NCBI RefSeq assembly: GCF_009914755.1 | Contig: NC_060929.1 | Length of the DNA: 64,000 nt | Strand: one strand, 5' to 3' | Origin: the human T2T-CHM13v2.0 reference genome, Homo sapiens | Shown: positions 1 to 16,160 of the stretch, piece after piece | How the letters are laid out: every line of letters starts with the position of its first letter | Numbering within the stretch: position 1 is the first letter of the stretch | The notes under the pieces: model-generated | Seen by the model: the letters and a program-made list of their open reading frames with translations, nothing else | The model's database searches: none | Told to the model about the DNA's origin: nothing | Position numbers and translations under genes: made by a program

Positions 1-265
1 AGACAGTGACCAATCATCAGGCATTAAGATTCTCCTAGGAGTGTGCAACCTAGATCTCTCCCATGGGCGGTTCACAATAGCATTGGTATTCCTATAAGAC
101 TCTTATGCCCTGGCTGATCTGACAGGAGGTGGAGCTCAGGCAGTAATGTGAGCGATGGGGAGCACCTGTAAATACAGATGAAGCTTCTTTGGCTTATCTG
201 CCTCTCACCTCCTACGATGAGGTCTGGTTCCTTAACAGACCACAGACCTGGGTTGGGAGCCCCTG
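1..265 (+). mobile_element. MER1 (hAT-Charlie) DNA transposon fragment, probably MER1A
   Basis: MER1-like text (GTGTGCAACCTAGATC...GATCTGACAGGAGGTGGAGCTCAGGCAGTAATG...TGTAAATACAGATGAAGCTTC), ending in the terminal repeat GGTTGGGAGCCCCTG. Confidence 0.8.
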
Positions 266-359
266 CACTAGACTATGAACTCTAGGAAGACCAGCCCCGG
301 ATCTCCATGAGGCGGGGAGGATTTCGTCTCCTTGTCAGGCCTGCTAAAACCTGATTAAC

Positions 360-954
<595 letters not shown>

Positions 955-1419
955 TAATTAACTCTTGAACAAGTGTTCCCATTCCCACCAGAGGGAGAAA
1001 CATCCTTAAGTGGCAAAAACACTTTTCAGAAACTGAGAAAAGTAGAAATGACATTCCAGTCGTCTGCTTTTGTAGACAGTTTGTGTAACTTTGCCTGCAA
1101 AGGGTATCTTTGCCCCGTGGTACCTCTCTTGTTAGCCTGAAGAGGAAGCCAGCCTGGGACTCAAGGTCGCTGGGCTCCTTGCTGCTGTCAGGGAATGCAC
1201 AGTGTCATTGTCCTGCCTCCCTCACTAGAATATCATCAGAATTCAGTGTAACCCTCATAATCGCCTTAGAAGGTTTTAGAACCAGGCCCTCAAGAAAACA
1301 GTGTTTGTTTTAACAGAGGTAAAAACTCTGCTTGGTCAAAATATGCAGCTTCAAGGGAAAAGTCTGTCCATAGAGGGCAGGTCTAAGAAGGGGACATGCA
1401 AGCTAATACTTGTCTAGGT

Positions 1420-1600
1420 AATTTTATGTATTAACTCATTTTATCTTAAAACATCCTCTAAACTTGGCCATTATCATCAGTGCCCCTACGTATTACAGAT
1501 GAGACACAGAGAAAGATGAAGTGGCCTCCCCGAGGCTACATAAGTAGAAGAGTAGAAGGAGCTGGGAGCCCTGGTTCCACCTCGTGCCTCTGGACTCTAT
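1420..1600 (-). mobile_element. MIR
   Basis: Degenerate MIR core (TTACAGATGAGACACAGAGAAAGATGAAGTGGCCTCCCCGAGGCTACA). Confidence 0.6.
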
Positions 1601-2300
1601 TGAGATGACAGACAGTATGGAAGGTGGGCGGTGGAGCAGGCGTCGAGGGAGGGGCATCTTCAGGGAAGCTTCTGTGTTGGGCACTTCTGTGCTGACACGA
1701 GTCTTTCTGATTTCAGAAAGAGACCGGGGGTAAAGCTGGGCTAATACAATCTTATAGTTCCCTGATCTGTGCCTTTTTAGGCAAAATGTGACCTACACAC
1801 TTTTATCTTTGATGTTCCCTTCCTGCTGAAAGTCCTTTGCTCCCAGAAAGATGTATGCTGTTTAGGATCCCCAAGCTACAGTGGAATTCCTTGGGTCTGG
1901 CCTGGGTTTCAGAGCTTCCCCAGCCATCCTGGTCTACCATTAATACTGAACAACTCCCTCCCCCGGGCACTACCCCCCATAGGAACCCCTTGTGGCTTTC
2001 CTGCTAATATTATAGATTAATTTCTGCTGTGAGAAATTGTTGGTCAGAACAAGATAGCTGGCTCAGGTGGCTCTCACACCCTTCCTACAGCTATACTCGT
2101 AAACTTGACCTTCTGGAGATGGAACCAGCTCAGTGATGGGAACCTTGAGTGAGATGACTGGCTGGTGGGGAAGATGCTGGAGGTGAAGGAGCTTGCAGGC
2201 TCCTTTGATCTTGCAGGCTCCTTTGATCTTGCCTGTCCAGACCATGGCCGGAAATGATCCTACCATTGAAGGAATTAGATTAAACTGCCTGAGGAAATAA

Positions 2301-2743
<443 letters not shown>

Positions 2744-3017
2744 CTGAGAAAATTTTAAAGTAAGCCTCAATCTAAAACCTCCACTCAACTGGTCTTTTAA
2801 CATGAGATTTATCCTTGGTGCCTTCATTGCCTAGCACACAGTAGGTGCTCAGAAACAACTCTTGAATTTTAGAAGACTAAATAATTGGACACATAATGAT
2901 TTCTTTCTTGTCCACCCACATAGACATGAAGACTAATCACAGAGAAGTACAAAATTTCAGATCTAAGAATAACCAATTGAGATTATGTTTTATTTTATAG
3001 AAAAGACTATAACTTTA

Positions 3018-3341
<324 letters not shown>

Positions 3342-3772
3342 TTATTAAAAAGAAAACAAGGACTGACTCACTGGAGGTCACATAGCTATTTATTGACTGA
3401 AACAGGACTAGAAACCAAGTTTTCTTTTTGTGTTGTGTTTTAATACACTTTAATGCTTAAAAATCATACCTTTCATTCTCTAGGTCTGATTTTCAGGATT
3501 ACAGAGCTTTACAGTGCTCTCTCAGCTCACTAGCGCTCCATGCAAGTCATCATTTTTGCCCATTATTACAGTCATATAATAGTAACCTCTTTCTATTTTG
3601 CAGAAGGAGAGACAGAGTTTACTAAATAAAATTTTATTGACAGCTTTACTTTCATAATTTTGGGGGAAAACTTTTGTTGCCTGTCATAAACTGTGGGCTA
3701 GCAAGTGTCAACATACAATGAAGGAATTAATCAGTTCAAAAATCAATATTAATTCACGTGATAAACTTGGCA

Positions 3773-4237
3773 GTGGCAGAAGTCACTGTTTGTTGGCTCA
3801 TCCATCCCTGTTTCAATGTCTTTGCCTGCCTCTAGCAGAGCAACAGGAAACTGTCAATATTTCCCGGCCACCTTCATAGCTATGGGTGGTGCTATGACAT
3901 GATTCTGGCTTAAATGACAGTCTACTAGGGCGCCTGGGAATCCTTTTGCTTTCCTGATGAAAGAGGCAGACCCAGCTGTCTCTTTCACACCTTCTTCCAG
4001 CTGGAACTTGGCCCTGATGCCTGGAACTGTTGCAGTCAGCCGTATTATAACCATGAGGGCATAACCATTCAAATTACAGAAATGATAGCCTTGACATCTC
4101 TGAATCTCTGAACCAACAATAACAGGTGCCTCTCCCAAACCCACTTGTTACATGGGGAAACTGAACCCCTGTCTATTTAAAGCATTGTCAATTGTGTTTT
4201 CTCTTGCCCAAAACTAAAAGCATTCCTAATCAATACA
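3773..4237 (+). mobile_element. MLT1 (old MaLR) solo LTR
   Basis: MLT1I/J-like text ending in AAAAGCATTCCTAATCAATACA. Confidence 0.65.
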
Positions 4238-5039
4238 GCAACTATCAACTATTCTCAGATATTTTTGTGGGTCGATTTTATTTTACAAATCTAAGACTTT
4301 TAAGTTGTATAAGCAGAGGTTCATTTCACCACCATCCCAACCTTACTGGAGGAGGGGTGGCATGAGTTAAACAATCAGTGAATGAAATCTCAAATTGGTT
4401 TGGCTCAGGTCCACCCAAGGACAGATGCTTGGTGAGTGGCATCTGTTCCCCTCCATGACTGCCCCCAGCAACCTGGGTGTCCAGCATCCCACTCTCTGCT
4501 TTGGAGGTAGGGGATAAGATGGCTTACAAGTGTCCTTGGATGTTGAATCAGGAATGTCCACCCCATGTCAATCAGATGAGCTTCCAAAGTCTCCAGGCAC
4601 AGGCAGGTGTCAGTGCTGTATGAGCAGATGCCCAGGCGTTGGCCCCCCTTGGGATGCTTTTGCCTGATGGTGATGAGTAGAGCTGCAGGCAGGCTCCCCT
4701 CCTCATTCATAGATGCTCCTTTAAGGATCTGTGGCTGACGATGGACAGCACTCACTCCTTGCAGGCACCGTTTTCCTGCTGGTCATTGTGGTCCACAAGC
4801 CCATGGGTAGCATCTTCAGGTCCCTTTAGCCACTTGGCGGCTCAGTCTGCTCCTCCCGGTCTCTCCCAGTCCTGCTTTCATGCTGATAACAGCTAAGAAC
4901 TCCATGATGTGTGCCATGGCATCTAGGCTGCTACTGCCATGCTGCCTTCCACAGACGAGTGGTACCAAAAGGCACAGTAGTGGATATTTGTCCTCTTTAG
5001 CTGACTGCCATCCAAATCGCCTTCCTGTACTTGGAGAAT

Positions 5040-5531
5040 TTCCTCCCAAGCAGAGCCCTCTATCCCCCATAGAAACTAAAAGTACCAAGTGCTTTCCCAG
5101 GCACACTTACAACTAGGGCATCATCATGTGACCCAGACGTGACTAATCAAATGCACCCACCTTGGACTTGAATCAGGAGCTGGTTAACCCAAAACACGCG
5201 ACAGTAGAGAGTATATTCCAACAGAGGTGGCAGTAGCAACAGCGGCATTGAGTTTGCAAGGGCAGCTTGGGCAGCAGTAGCCTCTAAGTCACGTGTCCAG
5301 GAGCCAGTATGGCTTGTAGCAATGTCCTCAGCACACTGGTTTCATGGCAGGATGTTTGACTGTGCTCTTGGGTGCAAATGACATATCCACCTGGCCGTTT
5401 TCCAAGCCTCGCCATTCAACGTTATCAACTATTCTGAGCTGCCTGATATCCTTTTAATAAATTCTTTTTTTTTTTTTTTGCTTCAATCAGTGATGGTCAA
5501 TCTCTATTGTTTGCAATTAAGAATCCTGATG
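5040..5531 (+). mobile_element. LTR33-like ERVL solo LTR; last bases displaced to about 6759-6764 by an L1
   Basis: 3' end GATATCCTTTTAATAAATTC...TTGTTTGCAATTAAGAATCCTGATG/GATACA resembles the LTR33 terminus. Confidence 0.6.
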
Positions 5532-6745
<1,214 letters not shown>

Positions 6746-7012
6746 AAGAATCCTGATGGATACACCCACACATTTGATACTACAAGACTGTTTGGCAGTA
6801 TTTGTGTAATGTACTTTATAAAAGTTTGGGAATGCTAATTAACAAAATGAATTATGAAAATAGAGAAGGAGAGATGTAAGGTAGCATAGTATACATAACC
6901 TTCTCACAACTGGGGAGCAAATTTTAAAAGTTAAGCTCTTCAAAGGGAGTCTCTTTGTAGGAAGGAGGAAGGTGGTTTCCTAGTTCCTAGCCTTGTTTAC
7001 CAGTCACAAAGG

Positions 7013-7084
7013 TGTATTATTATTTAGGGTTCGGCCAGAGAAACAGATTCAGTAAGATGTATATGTATGCATACATGTATGTGG

Positions 7085-7115
<31 letters not shown>

Positions 7116-7330
7116 TACACACACACACACCCATATATGCAAACTGTATATATTTTATATGTGAGGAGATCTATTTCAAGGAATTGGCTTACACAATTGT
7201 GTGGGTTGGCAAGTTGGAAATCTGTAGAGCAGGCTGGAAACTTGTGCAGGAGCTGAAGCTGCAGCCCACAGGCAATATTGCTGCTTCTTCAGAGAGATTC
7301 AGTTTTTATCTTAAAGCCTTTAGACAATGA
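7013..7330 (-). mobile_element. MLT2 (ERVL) LTR fragment with an internal (CA)n/(TA)n tract
   Basis: TGTATTATT..AGGGTTC..CCAGAGAAACAGA...AAGGAATTGGCTTACACAATTGTG is typical antisense MLT2. Confidence 0.75.
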
Positions 7331-7933
7331 CTACTTGCTGACAGCATTCTGCTACAAAACAAACAGAGATATATTTTAAAGTGCTGTTATTTGCAAAATA
7401 TTATTAATAAAAATGCTTCTATAATTAAAACTTAGACCCCAGAAAAAATAAAATCTTATGACATAGAAAGCTAAGCACAGAAGATGAATCCTTTTTTTAT
7501 CCATCTGAGAAAATATAAAACTGCCACAGAAGGATTAAGCTAAAAAGGACCCTACCAAAAAGAAAACCCAAAGGCTTTTCCACTGGACCTTATATTTGTA
7601 GAATCATGGCTTAACAAAATATTTCTATCTAAAATGGAGAAAATACTACCAACAAAAATAGTGTCTGGACCTCAATATCTAATAGTAAAATTCAACAAGC
7701 AGTTTTGGGTTTACAATTACACTAAATGCTAACCATGTAATACATATAATAAAATTGCATTTACTTCTGCCAAGTTGCAGTGTTCTACTAAAAATAATAA
7801 AGCTGGGTGGGTGGGGTGGCTCACACCCGTAATCCCAGCACTTTTTGAAACCAAAATGGGAAGATTGCCTGAGCCCAGGAGTTCAAGACCAGCCTGGGCA
7901 ACATAGTAAGACCTTGTCTCTACAAAAAAAAAA

Positions 7934-8749
7934 TTTCTTTTATTATTATACTTTAAGTTTTAGGGTACATGTGCACAACATGCAGGTTAGTTACATATGT
8001 ATACATGCGCCATGTTGGTGTGCTGCACCCATTAACTCATCATTTAGCATTAGGTATATCTCCTAATGCTATCCCTCCCCCCTCCCCCCACCCCACAACA
8101 GTCCCCGGTGTGTGATGATCCCCTTCCTGTGTCCATGTGTTCTCATTGTTCAATTCCCACCTATGAGTGAGAACATGCGGTGTTTGGTTTTTTGTCCTTG
8201 CAATAGTTTGCTGAGAATGATAGTTTCCAGCTTCATCCATGTGCCTACAAAGGACATGAACTCATCACTTTTTATGGCTGCATAGTATTCCATGGTGTAT
8301 ATGTGCCACATTTTCTTAATCCAGTCTATCATTGTTGGACATTTGGGTTGGTTCCAAGTCTTTGCTATTGTGAATAGTGCCGCAATAAACATATGTGTGC
8401 ATGTGTCTTTATAGCAGCATGATTTGTAATCCTTTGGGTATATACCCAGTAATGGGACGGCTGGGTCAAATGGTATTTCTAGTTCTAGATCGCTGAGGAA
8501 TCGCCACACTGACTTCCACAATGGTTGAACTAGTTTAGAGTCCCACCAACAGTGTAAAAGTGTTCCTATTTCTCCACATCCTCTCCAGCACCTGTTGTTT
8601 CCTGACTTTTTAATGATCGCCATTCTAACTGGTGTGAGATGGTATCTCATTGTGGTTTTGATTTGCATTTCTCTGATGGCCAGTGATGATGAGCATTTTT
8701 TCATGTGTGTTTTGGCTGCATAAATGTCTTCTTTTGAGAAGTGTCTGTT
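7934..8749 (-). mobile_element. Young L1PA (L1PA3-like) 3' fragment
   Basis: Antisense L1 3'UTR starting TTATTATACTTTAAGTTTTAGGGTACATGTGCAC, plus the ORF2 end. Confidence 0.95.
8150..8704 (-). pseudogene. Open C-terminal remnant of LINE-1 ORF2p (CCHC region), not a host gene
   Basis: [54 protein letters not shown]...MFSLIGGN is the L1 ORF2p C-terminus. Confidence 0.95.
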
Positions 8750-9490
8750 TTTAGCCAGGTGTAGTGTTTCATGCCTGTGGTCTTAGCTACCTGGGAGCCT
8801 GAGGTGGGAGGATCACTTGAGCCCAAGAGGTCGAGGCTACAGTGAGCCATGATCACATCCTTCCCCTCCAGCCTGGGCAACAGAGCAAGACCCTGCCTAA
8901 AAATAAATACATAAAAACAATAATAATAATAAAGCTTCATAAAGTGGATTTGCTGTTTTATCAAAACAATATTTTCCACCTATATCGGAATGTAGCCAAT
9001 TCATTTTTAAATGGTTGGAAACAAATAATGGTGAAAAATAATCTGTCCAAGAAATGGCTGCTTTCTGGCACTTGGATGACCTTACTAATACTTTTTAATA
9101 TTGAAGTGTTAAAGCAATTTCTCAGCCAATTGAAAAAAACGTGTCAAAGTTTTATTCTGAATTCTCCACAGAGAAGAAGCAACCAATTCAAAGATGTCCC
9201 TTTTGTTAGACGTCTTAGAAAAAAAGAAAAGAGAAAAAAAAAGAAACAACTAAAGAAACATTTTCCAAACTTGGAAATAAGAAAAAGGAAGCTTTTGTGA
9301 CTTTTGAGTCTTAGAGTGGAGCATTATTAATTATCCCATCCAAAGATGATTTAATTCTTTAGGGGAATGTACCTTTGAATGAGTATTTATCACTGACTAG
9401 GTCACAGACTCTGTGAAGTTATAGGGTAACTCATAGATTTCTGTTCAGTAAACATGAAAATGATGTCTGTCTGGGCGCAAAGATAATCAT

Positions 9491-9604
9491 GGATGTGGTA
9501 CTCTGTGCCTGTATTGACTCAGGAGGCTGAGGTGGGAAGATCATCTGACCCCAGGAGTTCAAGGCCCACCTAGGCAATATATATGGTGAGATCTCATCTC
9601 AAAA
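9491..9604 (+). mobile_element. FLAM (free left Alu monomer)
   Basis: Single diverged monomer (GGAGGCTGAGGTGGGAAGATCA...CCAGGAGTTCAAG) ending in CATCTCAAAA. Confidence 0.75.
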
Positions 9605-9740
9605 TATATACACGTTTTATATATATATATACACATATACATACATACATATATACACACATACATACATATATACATATATACACATACATATATACAT
9701 ATACATATATGTATATGTATGTATGTATGTGTGCATATAT
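9605..9740. repeat. (TA)n/(TACA)n/(TATG)n compound microsatellite in the FLAM tail
   Basis: Read directly from the sequence. Confidence 0.95.
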
Positions 9741-10459
9741 GATAATCAAAAGAGTTACTATTTTATTGTCATGGGGGACATTAACCAGTTTGATAGCTAT
9801 CTTTACACTCTTCACTGATAATAAATACTTCAGAATGTCCTCTAATTCTTAAGCCAGATGGATCTCTCGTTAATGAGTTGAAAAAGCATTGACATATCCT
9901 GTTGTATATTTATATGAGAATCATGCTTTAAAATTTTTTAATGATACTTTGTTATGATACGGTATCAACTATGCCTGGTGACATCAGACTTCTCAAAAGG
10001 CAGATGGTCAGTTGGGTGGGTAGGTAGATAACTTTCCAAATGGATTATTTAACCTTCTTCAAGTGTGTCAGACTACTGCTCAGAAACGCTAATTTCTTCC
10101 CAAAAGGAGTTATAAATTGTGGCAAAAAATTTCTATAGCAGACCTTGTTTGGGACAGTTTTCTTTCTCAGTTGCCATTTTGAATTTGGAAAACATTATAT
10201 ATACGATCTACCACCAATTGACAAAAATAACCATAGAATTACACTCTATCACAGGATTACACTGGGGGAGGAATATCAGAAAGAAAATATGCCAGAGAAT
10301 TCCTAAAATTGGGCACTTGAAAAATGTTTCCTGCCAATGAAGAGGAGGCTTTGTCACATGCCTCTACATGCTTCCTAATCTATAGTCTCCTTTCTGAGAA
10401 CACAAGCCAGAAAGGGAAAGTGAATTTCAAAACGCCTCATCTTTGTCAAGCTGCTTTGA

Positions 10460-10870
10460 TGAAAAGTAACAGAAACTCATTCAAATTGTCGGAAGGAAAG
10501 AGAATGAGGTACAGGGAAGATGTAGGAAGAATCACAAGTAAGGGTGGGAGGAATAGCATGGCCAGCCAGAAGCATCCAGCCAGCAGCACCTCTCAGTGGC
10601 CCCAGTATGACCCCCTCCTAATCTCTGCTTCTCTCTGCATAACTCTCCCTGCAGACCTTGGCTTCGACATGCACACAGCAGAAGCTTGCTACCCCATGAC
10701 ATCCAAGTTTTAAAATCCTTAGTTCAAACACCCACAAGAGACAGACTGGCAAGTGTGTCTTAACCCCAATTCTTGGAGGGAATCTTAGGGCTGCTGTTCA
10801 CCTTGGTCCAATCAGCCCTGACCAGTGAAGCCAGCAGGACCAAGGAATCCATCCCTGTGAGAGGGAAGAA
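10460..10870 (-). mobile_element. Old MLT1-like LTR fragment
   Basis: AAGTAACAGAAACTCATTCAAA and CCTTGGTCCAATCAGC motifs. Confidence 0.4.
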
Positions 10871-10904
10871 GCTATCAGAGAAGGAAGGGCATGGAATAAG
10901 GTGC

Positions 10905-11303
10905 TGTCTTGGTCTGCTCAAGCTGCTATAACAAAATACCATAGACTGGGTGGCTTCAACAACAGACATTTATTTTCTCATAGCTTTTCAGGCTGGAAGT
11001 CCAAGATCAGGATGCCAGCATGAAAACTTTCTGTTGAGGGCTCACTTCCTGCCTTGCAGACGGCCACCTCCTCACCGTATCTTCACTTGGCCTTTCCTCA
11101 GTAAATGTGCATGTAGAGGGATCGATCTCTCTCTCTGTTTCTTCCTCTTCTTAAAATGCCGCCAGTCCTATCAGATGAGGGCCCCATGCTTATGACCTCA
11201 CTTCACCTGAATTACTTCCTAGAAGCCCTATCTTTAAACACAGTCATGTTGGGGGTATGACTTCAACAGAGAAATTTGGGGGAACCTATTTCATCTCCTA
11301 GCA
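10905..11303 (-). mobile_element. MLT1A-family solo LTR
   Basis: TGTCTTGGTCTGCTCAAGCTGCTATAACAAAATACCATAGACTGGGTGGCTT...GGCTGGAAGTCCAAGATCA. Confidence 0.85.
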
Positions 11304-11394
11304 AGTGTCTTCTACAAGCTGAAAGGGACAATTTCAAGAATGCCGAACCTTTCTTCCCACTCTTTCAGCCTCCATCTCATGCCATAATTTTTCA

Positions 11395-11650
11395 TTACTT
11401 TCTTTATTCATTCATTCATCAATCAAACAATGCCAGACACTATATTAGGGAAAAAAGATGAATGAGACACCCTCCTTGCCCTTATGGATCTCCCTGGCCA
11501 AAGGGAGAGTAAGATCTATAAATGCCAAAGAAAGAGTACAACACTATATGCATTTAGAGGAGGTATGTACAAAGTTTTCTGGGTGCACAGAAGAAGAGAA
11601 TATGACAGGAACTCAAGGAACTCCTGACCAAGGGGATCTTTGAGTGGCCC
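11395..11650 (-). mobile_element. L2 3' fragment
   Basis: TTCATTCATTCATCAATCAAACAATGCCAGACACTATATTAGG. Confidence 0.55.
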
Positions 11651-12009
11651 TAACACTGAAGAAGACCTACTTCCCACTGTACAATTGTTTAGTCTCTTCA
11701 GTACTTTTTTGTTATCATTAGATTTTTTCCTGGGCAAATTGTGAAACCTTTCTCCAGAGTTGCTATAATAGGGATGCTTTCTCTTTGGAATCTATACTCC
11801 TTAAAGCCTTTTACTCTCAACAAAGAACATTTGTAGAGCCCACTAGATTCCTTAAACAAGTAAAGAAACTTTTAGTTCGATAAATATGACCATTCTCTTT
11901 AATGGTCAAACATACTAGAGCTTCAGATTTCTCTCAAACCAGTTCCTTATTGGATCCATCAAACAATTAAAGTGCCATCACCACACATTTTTATACATAC
12001 TACCCTTAG

Positions 12010-12337
<328 letters not shown>

Positions 12338-13047
12338 AGAAACATTTTTTTAAGTAATTGAATTACAAAGTTAGATGAGATTTAAGATATATGAAGACTT
12401 AAATAAAATTAATATTTATTTAATGTGATTTTTAAAATTTAAATGAATCTCAACTTATATCACTTGCCATTACTATTAGTGCGATAATCATTGTTCATTC
12501 TCTCAGGTTTTTCTCACCAGGGCAAAAATGGTGTAACAAGATCTTTGGGAAACCGTTTCCTGCTGGGGTGACCCTACAAATCCCCTGTTTTTAGGTAAAC
12601 TTGTGAATAGACTACCTTAAGATTCTAGATGCACAAAGTCTCATAATTTAGACTCCTCAAAACTGGATGTTTTTGATAACAAAAATAAGAATTGGTCTCC
12701 AATGTGTCTTTTTGCTATGTGTAAAGAAGGAGTTTGCTAAGTAAATGGATCGTGTATTCAAAATTTGTTTGAAGGAAAAAAATTTAGCCTGTTGAATCTT
12801 CCTATAAGTAATTACATTTTTTAAATATTTGTAGGCACTCCAGAGAACCATGTATTCATAAATCATTAATAAGTTAATTGGAAAGCATTCTTACGCAGTC
12901 ATCAAATCTGATTCCCTGAGGACTCCTGCTGGCAATGCTTTGCTATCCTAGGCCTAATTGCTGCGTATATTTAAAAGTAATAAACACTGTACTTAAAAAA
13001 AAATCTGAAGTTCACTCATTTGTCTGAATTAGTAAGAGATGCAGATA

Positions 13048-13083
13048 TGTGTGTGTGTGTGCATGCAGCATGTGTGTGTGTGT
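13048..13083. repeat. Interrupted (TG)n microsatellite
   Basis: Read directly from the sequence. Confidence 0.9.
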
Positions 13084-13641
13084 AAATATTTGAAAATCCC
13101 TTTCAGTTTTCCTTATCTGAATTGCCCTGCCCTCTCCCTAGCAGTTTGACAGGAGTGAAAGTGGAATGCCCCCCCATAGTTGACCAGGCCAGGTAAGCCC
13201 TAGCTTGCCTTTAGGACAGTTTTGAGAAGGTGAAATTCAAGCAGGAAGACCTTATCTGTTCTGCCAGGAGGCTGAATCATGCAGATTGCATTTTCAGGTT
13301 AAGCAGCTAGAAGGAGGAACGGGCCTGGCAAACTCAACATAACACATTCAACTCCACCCCAGTTTCACCCTAATGGCATCTTTTCTTGGTAGTATTTGAA
13401 AAAGAGTGACTAAAGAAATATTTTCCTTTCTGTTTTATTTATTCTTATCTATTTGATTTTTATTCTTTGATATCATAAGATAGCCCCGTCTAAATTTTCT
13501 CCAAACTATCATTTATCGAGTGGCACCAATGTTTGGGAAAATTCATTGCCAGCAATCAAGCATGATGTGCTCTTTTTAGAAATGTTCATTGATTTTCCTC
13601 TAAATCATTGCAAGGGTGGATACGTACATTTTACAACATGA

Positions 13642-14172
<531 letters not shown>

Positions 14173-15024
14173 TGACACGTGTCCCTTAATACGTGGCAAT
14201 ATCTGTTTTCCAGACTCCACGGGCAGAAGGTACTAGGATGTACGAGAAGGTACTGTGTTCTCAGTGTAATGTAGCATTATTTCAGTTTGCTTAGAGCTGT
14301 ACCACAATAGGGGATGCCGTGAAGAGGGTTAATGTTCGAGCTACTTTGCGTGTGCATATTTTAACAAGATGTGATTTAAAACTCTGGGAAGCACAGATGG
14401 TTGATCAAGTGCAAGAACTGTGATAGATGGAAGATCATATATGAATGCTAAGCCCAATTACAAACAACAAATAGCACCCACAATGTTGTCACTTTGGTCA
14501 TTCTGCAGCAAGAAGTTAATGGCAGATGACATTACCATTCAACAATATATCAATCAGTTTTGTGAGAGACTCATCCTCTCCACATTCTTTCCTCCTTTTG
14601 GCAGAGTTTAAGAGTATAAAGTGTGGGAAGTTCATTAGCCTCTCCCCACTCATTCTAGGGGTACTTTCCAAGACCCTTCCCCATTCAAGTCAAGTATTAT
14701 GGTCATTAGCCAACTAGGAAAGCCATAGCCAACCCTTGCTGTTGTTGGATTGCCCAGTTACCATCTCTCCTTTCTGGACATCTCACCTCCTTTTTACATT
14801 TAGCCTGCTACACCCCCTGCCTGTGGAGCCCCGCTGCAGGACCTGTCCTTTTCCAGACCTTGAAGTCACTAGAAGGAGAATGTATTAGTCTGTTTTTATG
14901 CTGCCAATAATGAGACAACATTGGAAAATCATGGAGGACATGATTTTGTCCCCATGCTATGTACATTGAAGTTTCTCCAGAAACCTGTATAGGAGGAGGG
15001 AAGGTAAAGAGAGAGGAGAGGAGG

Positions 15025-16160
<1,136 letters not shown>

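Larger units (their letters stand above)
7801..8930 (+). mobile_element. AluJ split at its A-rich linker by an L1
   Basis: Left arm 7801-7933 ends in TCTCTACAAAAAAAAAA; right arm resumes at 8750 with TTTAGCCAGGTGTAGTG. Confidence 0.9.
7335..10090 (+). mobile_element. Decayed hAT (Tip100/Zaphod/Arthur-like) DNA transposon coding remnant, interrupted by Alu, L1 and FLAM
   Basis: Translated pieces GPYQKENPKAFPLD..FVESWLNK (from 7547) and CYDTVSTMPG (9950-9979) resemble hAT TTF-region and YD-x4-M-x-G motifs; many stops and frameshifts. Confidence 0.5.
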
